From assembly GCA_005883955.1 (NCBI GenBank), contig VAXH01000071.1, forward strand, positions 11,401 through 75,400: 64,000 bases of DNA, in the 5' to 3' direction. This DNA comes from Actinomycetota bacterium. GTDB taxonomy: Bacteria; Actinomycetota; Thermoleophilia; Gaiellales; Gaiellaceae. Under the pieces are notes generated by a model. That model saw only the letters and a program-made list of their open reading frames with translations, was not told the origin of the DNA and searched no databases. The position numbers were made by a program, and so were the translations under genes. Below, piece after piece: positions 56,294 to 63,437 of this stretch (positions within the stretch are counted from its first letter, which is position 1; the number at the start of each line of letters is the position of its first letter).

Positions 56294-56757
56294 GCGGGCA
56301 CCGGCCCGTGGATTGACACGGGCGCGCCGGCGATCTCGACCGGAACGCCGTAGACCGAGAGGCCTTCGGCGATCGCCTCCGCGTCATCGAGTGTTGCCGG
56401 GACGTAGAGCGCGAGCGGGTATGCGGTCGCGGCGCGCCAGCCGAGCTCACCTTCGACGCGGTCGCCCGAGAGCAGCGCGCGGCCGAAGACCCGGTCGCCG
56501 CCGACGGCGAGGTAGTGGCTCCACTGCTCGAGCGACTTCGCGCCGTGGATCCCGCACTCGCACAGCAGATCGGGGGCTTCGTGTCGCACCCGGTAGAGCT
56601 TCTTGCAGTCGGCTACAGCGGGGCGTCCCGGCGGCCAGAGGCTGCCGTAGAGGACGCTGCGCAGCCGGGTTCGTTCTTTGCCGTGCTCGACGCGCCAGAT
56701 CTTCCAGCCAACGACGGGCTCAGACGCCGTCCCAACCGAAGCTTTGCCGATTCGCAT
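56290..56757 (-). CDS. Conserved hypothetical Cys/His-motif protein, translationally coupled to clpP
   Basis: 155 aa: VVGWKIWRV...[20 protein letters not shown]...[16 protein letters not shown]...[31 protein letters not shown] overlap with clpP. Confidence 0.6.
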   Translation of the reverse strand: MRIGKASVGTASEPVVGWKIWRVEHGKERTRLRSVLYGSLWPPGRPAVADCKKLYRVRHEAPDLLCECGIHGAKSLEQWSHYLAVGGDRVFGRALLSGDRVEGELGWRAATAYPLALYVPATLDDAEAIAEGLSVYGVPVEIAGAPVSIHGPVPA

Positions 56758-56786
56758 CGGATATCTTGATATCAGATGGATATCCG
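56758..56786 (-). promoter_or_regulatory. AT-rich inverted repeat abutting the start codon of the clpP-coupled gene
   Basis: CGGATATC-(13 nt)-GATATCCG, with three GATATC sites in 29 nt. It lies between the tRNA-Thr 3' end and the ATG at 56757. No Shine-Dalgarno sequence is visible. Confidence 0.5.
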
Positions 56787-56799
56787 GGCGTCAAGTGAA

Positions 56800-56872
56800 A
56801 GCCGGAGGCCGGACTCGAACCGACGACCCACGGTTTACAAAACCGTTGCTCTACCAGCTGAGCTACTCCGGC
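56800..56872 (-). tRNA. tRNA-Thr (anticodon TGT)
   Basis: The reverse complement GCCGGAGTAGCTCAGCTGGTAGAGCAACGGTTTTGTAAACCGTGGGTCGTCGGTTCGAGTCCGGCCTCCGGCT folds as a cloverleaf with anticodon loop TTTGTAA. Confidence 0.93.
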
Positions 56873-56893
56873 GCGCCTTGATGGTAGCCGGGG

Positions 56894-57949
56894 CTACTTG
56901 ACCGTGACTGGAACGCGCTGCGGCGCATTGTTCGAGTAGCCGCCGACGTTCCAGTTCGCCTCGTCGGGCTGGACGTTCCCTGCCTCGTCGTGTGCGCGGC
57001 AGCAGAGGACGTACTCCTCCGGCTCTTCGGCCGCCCACTCGAAGCGCCAGCCGCGCCAGCCCCAGCGCGACTCGATCGGCTCCAGCTCTGCGTCGGCCCA
57101 CGTTTCGCCACCGTCGGTGCTGACCTCGACTCGCGTCACGGGCCCCCAGCCTGACCACGCCCGGCCTTCGAGCACGCACGCGCCGGCCGGAACGGTTCGC
57201 TCGCGCGTGTTGAAGTCCGGGATCCCGGGCGGCACCATCAGCGAGCGCGGCTGCATCCGCGTGACCGGAGTCCCCTCATCTTCCTCGTGGTCGCGGTAGC
57301 GGTACGCCGCGGTGTGCTGGTAGCCCTGAAATGGCTCTGCGAGGACGGTGATGCCCGCGAGCCATTTCACATTCGTCATCCCGTACCAGCCGGGAACGAG
57401 CAGCCGCAGCGGGAATCCGTGCTGCGGCAGGAGCGGCGCGCCGTTCATCTCGTACGCGAGCAGGACGTCCTCCGCGAGCGCGACATCGAGTTCGAGGCTG
57501 CGCTGATAGCTCTGCTCGACGCCTTTCTCGATGCCGCGGTCGAGCCCCGTGAAGACCACCTCGACCGCATCGTCGAGTAGCTCCGCCTCCTCGAGGATCG
57601 CCCTCAGCGGCACGCCCGTCCAGGTCGCGTTTCCGACGGCCTCCAGCAACCACGGCTGGCTGACGACGTGCGGCGCCAGCAGCGCGCGGCCGTTCCCGGC
57701 GCATTCCATCGTCGCGGTCACGTCGCGCGCGGGTCGCTCGCGAAGGGCTGCGAGCGTCAGGGTCAGGGGATTCGCGACGCGGCCGTCGACGTTCAGCATC
57801 CACGCGTCGGCATCCACGTCCGGGATGTCGTAGTGAATCAGGAGGTAGTGGAGCCCCGCCGGCGTGATCGGGTAGCGCAGAGCCTCGAGCGGCAGGCCGT
57901 GATTACGGGCCGCCAGCTGTAGCTCGTCTTGGCTGATCGCCGCGTCCAA
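56894..57949 (-). CDS. Sulfite oxidase-like molybdopterin oxidoreductase
   Basis: TMECAGNGR (Mo-ligand Cys), GFPLRLLVPGWYGMTNVKWL, and a C-terminal Ig-like dimerisation domain. Confidence 0.88.
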   Translation of the reverse strand: MDAAISQDELQLAARNHGLPLEALRYPITPAGLHYLLIHYDIPDVDADAWMLNVDGRVANPLTLTLAALRERPARDVTATMECAGNGRALLAPHVVSQPWLLEAVGNATWTGVPLRAILEEAELLDDAVEVVFTGLDRGIEKGVEQSYQRSLELDVALAEDVLLAYEMNGAPLLPQHGFPLRLLVPGWYGMTNVKWLAGITVLAEPFQGYQHTAAYRYRDHEEDEGTPVTRMQPRSLMVPPGIPDFNTRERTVPAGACVLEGRAWSGWGPVTRVEVSTDGGETWADAELEPIESRWGWRGWRFEWAAEEPEEYVLCCRAHDEAGNVQPDEANWNVGGYSNNAPQRVPVTVK

Positions 57950-57969
57950 TGCGCGGCCAGATTACCGAG

Positions 57970-58632
57970 CTACTGCAGGACCTGGCGCGACTGCTGGTGC
58001 TGGAGAACCTTGCGCTTGACCCGCTGCAGGGCGTTGTCGATCGTCTTCGTGTCGCAGCCGAGCTCCTCGGCCATCTCCTCGTAGGACGAGCCCTCGAGGT
58101 AGAGCTTCAGGGCATCGGCCTCGAGCTTCGAGAGCCCCGTTCCGAGCGAGAACACTAGGCTTTGCAACTCCTCGGTCGAGATCACGCACGTCGACGGATC
58201 GTCCACGCTCGGCCCGGGGAGGGCGTCACCAAGCGTCACATCCGAGTCCGAGTCCTGTCCGGCCGGCGTGTTCGAGAACGAGATGTACGTGTTCAGCGGC
58301 GAGTGCTTGAAGCGGGTCGCAGTCTTGATCGCCGTGATGATCTGGCGCGTCACGCAGAGCTCGGCGAAGCTGCGGAAAGAGGTCTCCTTGTCGTGCCGGA
58401 AGTCGCGCACCGCCTTGTAGAGGCCGATCAGGCCCTCTTGGATCAAATCCTCTGCATCTCCGCCGGCGAGGAAGTACGAGCTCGCCTTCAGGCGGACGAA
58501 ACCGGTGTAGCGGCGAATCAGGGCGTCGAGCGCAAGCTGGTCGCCGTTGCGGGCGCGGACGACGAGCTGGAGATCAGCGAGCTCGCGCTGTTGTCGCTGA
58601 GCCGAGTACGCTGGGGCAGAACGGGCCGGCAT
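57970..58632 (-). CDS. sigH: Sigma-70 family sigma factor of the SigH (Spo0H) type
   Basis: GFVRLKASSYFLAGGDAEDLIQEGLIGLYKAVRDF...SFRSFAELCVTRQIITAIKTATRFKH...KTIDNALQRVKRKV closely follows the B. subtilis SigH pattern. ATG 58632 is chosen. Confidence 0.85.
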   Translation of the reverse strand: MPARSAPAYSAQRQQRELADLQLVVRARNGDQLALDALIRRYTGFVRLKASSYFLAGGDAEDLIQEGLIGLYKAVRDFRHDKETSFRSFAELCVTRQIITAIKTATRFKHSPLNTYISFSNTPAGQDSDSDVTLGDALPGPSVDDPSTCVISTEELQSLVFSLGTGLSKLEADALKLYLEGSSYEEMAEELGCDTKTIDNALQRVKRKVLQHQQSRQVLQ

Positions 58633-58747
58633 TCGCTCCCCTCTCTCACGGGGTGAGAAACGGTTGTCAGGACCGAATCTCATGTTGAGGTTGAGGTGAC
58701 GGTAGCAAGGTCCCAACGAAAACACAAGACCTTGCGTTTATATCGAA

Positions 58748-59185
58748 TTAACCGGACCGATTGCGTCTCAGCCGCTCCAACCGGTCCCTTGTCGCGCGAT
58801 CGAGTCGCTCGGCCAGTCTATGCGGCCGTTCCTCTTGCTGGGCCGTCGGCTCCAAGTCGCGGACGAAGGTGGCCGAGGTCAGCTTCATCACCTCCTGGCC
58901 GGAGGTCCCGCGTACGGCGAAGTCGGAGGAAACGAGGCAGACGCGTTCCCGGTCGCGGAACTCGGCAGCGAGCTGCTCGAGAACGGTGTCCGCGTGCAGC
59001 GCATAGCGGACTTCGAGCGGGCCGTGCGTCCTTTCTTCACCGACACCGTCGAAGACGACCACGCCACGGGCGCCCTTGAGGGCGACGAAGCTCGCAAGCT
59101 GGTCGACGAGCTCGCGGGGATCCGAGAACGAGCCCGCGTGAAGGACGTTGTAGCCGTCGAACAGGTAGAGGGTCGGCTCAGCCAC
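58748..59185 (-). CDS. NYN-domain ribonuclease, YacP/Rae1-like
   Basis: LYLFDGYNVLH...VVVFDG...VCLVSSD. GTG 59185 overlaps the rlmB stop. Confidence 0.75.
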   Translation of the reverse strand: MAEPTLYLFDGYNVLHAGSFSDPRELVDQLASFVALKGARGVVVFDGVGEERTHGPLEVRYALHADTVLEQLAAEFRDRERVCLVSSDFAVRGTSGQEVMKLTSATFVRDLEPTAQQEERPHRLAERLDRATRDRLERLRRNRSG

Positions 59186-59776
59186 CGTTTCGCTGCCTGC
59201 GCGCCTCGTAGAGGAGAACGCCCGCGGCGACACTGACGTTCAGCGATTCGACCTCGCCTGCGATCGGGATCGAGACGGCGCCGTCGCAGGTGCGGCGGAC
59301 GAGCGGCCGGACCCCCCTCCCCTCGGCACCGAGAACGAGCGCGATCCCGCCGGTCAGGTCGGCGTGCCAGAGCGGCGTCTCCGCGTCGCCGGCGGCGGCC
59401 CAGGCCCAAAAGCGCGGGCCCTTCACCTCCGAGAGGTAGCGGGCCATGTTCTTGACGACGTGCGAGCCACTGCGCCGAGGTTGTGCGGATCCGTGACCTG
59501 GTCGAGGCAGACGAGCAGCGGCATATCGGCTGCGGCAAGTTCGTACGCGTCCGCGTAGCGGTAGGGCTCGGCCCAGGCGAGCACTCCCTGGTGGTCGCGC
59601 GTCCCGGCCGCTTCGGTCAGCTCGCGTTCCGGCTTGACTTGCGCCCTCGCACGTCCGTCGCGCAGCCACGGCTCCGCCTTCAGCGCCCGCTCGGTCACCC
59701 ACAGCTCGAGCACCTCGCGCGGCCCGCGCAAGGCCTCGCGCACGGGCCGGCGGCCGTAGACCTGCTCGCGAGTCAT
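59178..59776 (-). pseudogene. rlmB: 23S rRNA 2'-O-ribose methyltransferase (RlmB/TrmH, SpoU family), internal gap with frameshift
   Basis: The N-terminal frame reads MTREQVYGRRPVREAL...LDQVTDPHNLGA. The C-terminal part (VVKNMARYL...LVLGAEGRGV...SIPIAGEVESLNVSVAAGVLLYE) is in another frame. About 40-45 residues (motif 1 region) are absent near 59468-59472. Confidence 0.8.
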
Positions 59777-61068
59777 TTGGGGACGAGCTCGAAGCCGTCA
59801 GCGACATCGCGGACCTCCCAGCCCTGGTCCTCGATCTCGCTCCGCAGGCGGTCGGCCTCGTCGAAGTCGCGACTTGCCCTTGCCTCTTTCCTCTTCTCCG
59901 CGAGCGCGACGAGGGCCGCGGGCGCCGAGACCGCCTCGGCGAGGTCGCCGAGCCCGAACACCTCCAGGCCCCACCGCAAAGAGTCCGTTCGACCGCGAGC
60001 TCGCCAGTCGTGGAAGAGCCGAAGGGCCTCGGCTGTGTTGAAATCGTCGTCGAGGACGCGGGCGAGCGCGTCGCGCTCGATCTCCTGCGGCTCGTGTTCG
60101 AGGCCGACGAAGTAATTGCGGAAGGTCTCGGCCTGCGCGCTCGCCTGCTCCAGGACCTCGTCGCTGAACTCAATCGGCTTGCGCCAATACGAGTTCATGA
60201 AGAAGAGCAGGATCGCCTCGCGCCCCCACTCCTGGATCGCGTCCCGAAGCGGAACGATGTTCCCCAGGGACTTCGACATCTTCTCGCCGGTCAGCTGGAG
60301 CATCCCGTTGTGCATCCACATGCGCGCGAACTCGCTGCCCGCGCCGCGCGATTGGGCGAGCTCGTTCTCGTGGTGCGGGAAGATCAGGTCGTTGCCGCCC
60401 CCGTGAATCTCGAAGACCGGACCGAGGAACTTCTCGGCCATCGCCGAGCACTCGATGTGCCAGCCCGGACGTCCGGGTCCCCACGGCGATTCCCAGACGG
60501 TGTCCTCGCCCTCCTTGTGTGCCTTCCAGAGCGCGAAGTCGCGGGGATCCTCCTTGAGCTCGTCGCGTTCTGCTTCCTCCGACGGGTTGTGCAGCGCCTC
60601 GTGGTCGCCCTCTCGGCCGGAGAGGCGGCCGTACTCCGGGAAGCGGACGACCCGGAAGTAGACGTCGCCGCCTGCCGGATAGGCGAGCCCGCGGTCGACA
60701 AGCCTGGCGATCAGGTCGACGATCTCGGGAACCGTCTCGGTCGCCTTCGGTTCGTGGTCGGGCCGGCCGAGCCCGAGCAGATCGGTGTCCTCGACGTACC
60801 AGCGCGAAGCCTCCGCTGCAAGCTCGGCGCTGCGCCCCGGCGCGGCCAGGTAGATCTTGTCATTGATGTCGGTGATGTTCTCCGCCAGCCGGACGTCGTA
60901 GCCCGACTGCTCGAGCCAACGCTTCAGCCACATCGACAGCACGAACGGACGCGCGTTGCCGATGTGGATCCGCTGATAGACGGTCGGCCCGCAGAAGTAC
61001 ATTCGGATCGGGCCCGGGGGCGGCGGCAGCTCGAACAGGCTGCGCGTGTAGGTGTCAAAGAGCCGCAT
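59773..61068 (-). CDS. cysS: Cysteine--tRNA ligase
   Basis: YFCGPTVYQRIHIGNARP (HIGH), WHIECSAM, GGNDLIFPHHENE, KMSKSLGN. Confidence 0.95.
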   Translation of the reverse strand: MRLFDTYTRSLFELPPPPGPIRMYFCGPTVYQRIHIGNARPFVLSMWLKRWLEQSGYDVRLAENITDINDKIYLAAPGRSAELAAEASRWYVEDTDLLGLGRPDHEPKATETVPEIVDLIARLVDRGLAYPAGGDVYFRVVRFPEYGRLSGREGDHEALHNPSEEAERDELKEDPRDFALWKAHKEGEDTVWESPWGPGRPGWHIECSAMAEKFLGPVFEIHGGGNDLIFPHHENELAQSRGAGSEFARMWMHNGMLQLTGEKMSKSLGNIVPLRDAIQEWGREAILLFFMNSYWRKPIEFSDEVLEQASAQAETFRNYFVGLEHEPQEIERDALARVLDDDFNTAEALRLFHDWRARGRTDSLRWGLEVFGLGDLAEAVSAPAALVALAEKRKEARASRDFDEADRLRSEIEDQGWEVRDVADGFELVPK

Positions 61069-62056
61069 CGGCTCTCCGCAAAGCTTCTTCCTTCGGCAGC
61101 GCCTCGAGCAGGGCGGCGAGTTCCGGGCCGCGGTCCCGGCCTGTCAGCGCGAGGCGCAGGGTCTTCAGATCGCCGCCGACGGCCTTCAGCTCGCGGACGA
61201 GCTCTCGAGCGGCGTCGTGGTCGAGGCCGTTGCTCGTGCGTTCGCGGAGCTCCTTGAAGCGCTCCAACGTCGGCCGGGCCTCGGGCGGCAGCTGAACGGC
61301 CTCTGGCTCCAGCACCTGGCGTGCGAGCTCTCGCGCCTCGTTCAGGTCACGGGCGCCTCGCAGCACGGGCACGAGCCCGATCGGCGCTTCAGCGGCGTCG
61401 GCCAGCTCGCCGTCCGGCAGCTCCGCGATCGCCTCGATCGCGAGCCGCCTGATCCGCGGCAGGTCGTAATGGACGTCGTGCTTCGGCAGTCCGAGCTCCT
61501 CGAGGTAGCGGCGGACGGCCGCGGCTGGAATCCCCTGCTCGCGCAGCGAGGCGACGGTCGCGCCCGGCGTGCGCTTGGACAGCTTGCGGCCGTCCTCGCC
61601 GAGGATCAGGCCGTGGTGGATGAACTCGGGCGGCCTCGCGCCGAGCGCTTCCGCAAGCCGCCCGTGGAGCTGTTCGTTCGGCCTGTGGTCGTTGCCCCGA
61701 ATGACGTGCGTGATTCCGAAGTCGACGTCGTCCACCACGCTCGCGAGGTGGTAGGTCGCGGTTCCGTCCTCGCGGAGGAGAGTGATCCCGTCGAAACGGT
61801 CGCCCAGCTGCCTGCCGGCCTCGGTGTAGCGAGCGGCACGCTTGCTTTGGCGGACGGGGCCTTCGTCCCACTCGACCCCGAGCCAGGCGAGGTCGGCGAG
61901 GATCGCCTCCTCGCCCCCGGGCAGGTTGCGCTCGGCGTCGGTGTCGTCGATCCGCAGCAGCATCCAGTCCCCAAAGGCGCGGTTGGCAACCGCGCTCAGG
62001 GCGTTGCCGACGTGGAGCGAGCCGGTGGGGCTTGGGGCAAAGCGCACTCTTCGCAT
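61055..62056 (-). CDS. gltX: Glutamate--tRNA ligase-like protein, unusually compact (333 aa)
   Basis: RFAPSPTGSLHVGN (HIGH), LRIDDTD, DGTATYHLASVVDD, KLSKR (KMSKS). About 80 aa between RQSKR and LLREDG seem absent, and the anticodon-binding part is shortened. Confidence 0.8.
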   Translation of the reverse strand: MRRVRFAPSPTGSLHVGNALSAVANRAFGDWMLLRIDDTDAERNLPGGEEAILADLAWLGVEWDEGPVRQSKRAARYTEAGRQLGDRFDGITLLREDGTATYHLASVVDDVDFGITHVIRGNDHRPNEQLHGRLAEALGARPPEFIHHGLILGEDGRKLSKRTPGATVASLREQGIPAAAVRRYLEELGLPKHDVHYDLPRIRRLAIEAIAELPDGELADAAEAPIGLVPVLRGARDLNEARELARQVLEPEAVQLPPEARPTLERFKELRERTSNGLDHDAARELVRELKAVGGDLKTLRLALTGRDRGPELAALLEALPKEEALRRADAAL

Positions 62057-62083
62057 TCCGAGCCGAAAGTTACTGTCCCGGCG

Positions 62084-62824
62084 ATGCGAGAGTCGTTGCT
62101 CGCCTGGTTCGAGGCCAACGGACGCGACCTGCCGTGGCGCAGAACGCGCGATCCTTACGCGATCCTCGTCTCGGAGGTGATGCTCCAGCAGACCCAGGTC
62201 GATCGTGTGGTCCCGAGATACCTGGCCTGGCTCGAGCGCTGGCCGACCGTCCAAGACCTCGCTGCGGCGTCCGCCGCGGACGTGATCCGGGAATGGCAGG
62301 GGCTCGGCTACTACCGTCGCGCTCTCAACCTGCACCGCGCAGCCGAGCAGATCGCCGGCGGCGGCTGGCCTCCGGATCTGACGGAGCTACCCGGGGTGGG
62401 GCCCTATACGGCCGACGCAATCGGCCGCTTCGCCTTCGGCCGCGACGTCCTTCCGGTCGATACGAACGTCGCGCGCGTGCGCGCAAGGACCGGCGAGACG
62501 TTCGATGCGCGTTGTGCGGCGGCGCTGATGGATCTCGGGGCGACCGTGTGTCTCGCCCGCGTCCCCCGCTGCGGCGTCTGCCCGCTCGCCGCGGACTGCC
62601 CCTCTCGCGGACGGCGTTACGAGCCGCTGCGCAAGCAGGGCCGGTTCGAAGGCTCATTCCGCCAGCGGCGCGCGGCAACCCTGCGGCTCGTCGCCGCCTC
62701 GGCCCGACCGGCCACGGACCTGGACGCCGCCGCCGTGTCGGCCCTGGAGCGCGACGGTCTCGTCAGAGTCAGCGCGGGCCTCGTCTCGCTGCCGACCCAG
62801 AGCGTCCCCCGGCCCCAAACTTAG
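62084..62824 (+). CDS. mutY: A/G-specific adenine glycosylase (MutY) / HhH-GPD family, short form
   Basis: LPWRRTRDPYAILVSEVMLQQTQV, GLGYYRRA, LPGVGPYTADAI (HhH), CLARVPRCGVCPLAADC (4Fe-4S loop). At 246 aa, the C-terminal MutT-like domain is reduced. Confidence 0.85.
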   Translation: MRESLLAWFEANGRDLPWRRTRDPYAILVSEVMLQQTQVDRVVPRYLAWLERWPTVQDLAAASAADVIREWQGLGYYRRALNLHRAAEQIAGGGWPPDLTELPGVGPYTADAIGRFAFGRDVLPVDTNVARVRARTGETFDARCAAALMDLGATVCLARVPRCGVCPLAADCPSRGRRYEPLRKQGRFEGSFRQRRAATLRLVAASARPATDLDAAAVSALERDGLVRVSAGLVSLPTQSVPRPQT

Positions 62825-62936
62825 TAACAGTCTGTTACTTGGATATCGAACTCTCGCGAGGCTGTCGCCCCTGTGTTCAAGCACCCTCGGAGAGTCACCG
62901 ACGGAACCAGAACTTCGTAACAGTCTGTTACTTGGA
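62818..62936. repeat. 26-nt direct repeat, each containing a 15-17-bp perfect palindrome, flanking a 67-nt hairpin-bearing spacer
   Basis: AACTT[A/C]GTAACAGTCTGTTACTTGGA occurs at 62818-62843 and 62911-62936. Copy 1 contains the mutY stop and copy 2 the ispF stop. The spacer has an imperfect inverted repeat ACTCTCGCGAGG...CCTCGGAGAGT. Confidence 0.95.
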
Positions 62937-63437
62937 GTTCGAGCCGTCGGCCGCATCGTTGCGCTCGAGGAGGGCGACCGCTTCCGCGGCCAGGCCCTGG
63001 CCGCGGCCGGTGAAGCCAAGCTTGTCCGTCGTCGTGGCGCGGACGTTGATCCGTTCCAGGTCGGCTTCCAGTGCCTCGGCCAACCGCCCGCGCATCTGCT
63101 TGCGAAGCGGCTCGATTCGCGGCTCCTCGCCGATCAGGATGCAGTCGGCGTTGACAAGTTCCCAGCCGGCCTCGCGTACCTGAGCGACAGCGCGCCGCAG
63201 CAAGTCGAGCGACGAAGCACCTTCCCACTCCGGCTCGCCCGGCGGGAACAGCGAACCGATGTCGCCGAGCCCAGCTGCGCCGAGCAGAGCATCGATCAGC
63301 GCGTGGGCGATGACGTCGCCGTCCGAATGGCCCGCGAGGCCCCGCGGCGAGTCGATCGCGACCCCGCCGAGGACCAGCGGAACGCCGTCCGAGAAAGCGT
63401 GGGCGTCGACACCCAGCCCGATACGGAGCTCGCTCAT
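62928..63437 (-). CDS. ispF: 2-C-methyl-D-erythritol 2,4-cyclodiphosphate synthase
   Basis: RIGLGVDAHAF, GHSDGDVIAHALIDALLGA, ATTTDKLGFTGRGQG. ATG 63437 gives an ATGA overlap with the upstream gene. Confidence 0.93.
   Translation of the reverse strand: MSELRIGLGVDAHAFSDGVPLVLGGVAIDSPRGLAGHSDGDVIAHALIDALLGAAGLGDIGSLFPPGEPEWEGASSLDLLRRAVAQVREAGWELVNADCILIGEEPRIEPLRKQMRGRLAEALEADLERINVRATTTDKLGFTGRGQGLAAEAVALLERNDAADGSNSK

Noticed and set aside
62824-62843. The palindrome next to mutY considered as an SOS (LexA) box.
   Set aside because: GTAACAGTCTGTTAC does not match the actinobacterial TCGAAC-N4-GTTCGA or the Cheo-box CGAAC-N4-GTTCG consensus. It also lies at gene 3' ends rather than at a promoter.
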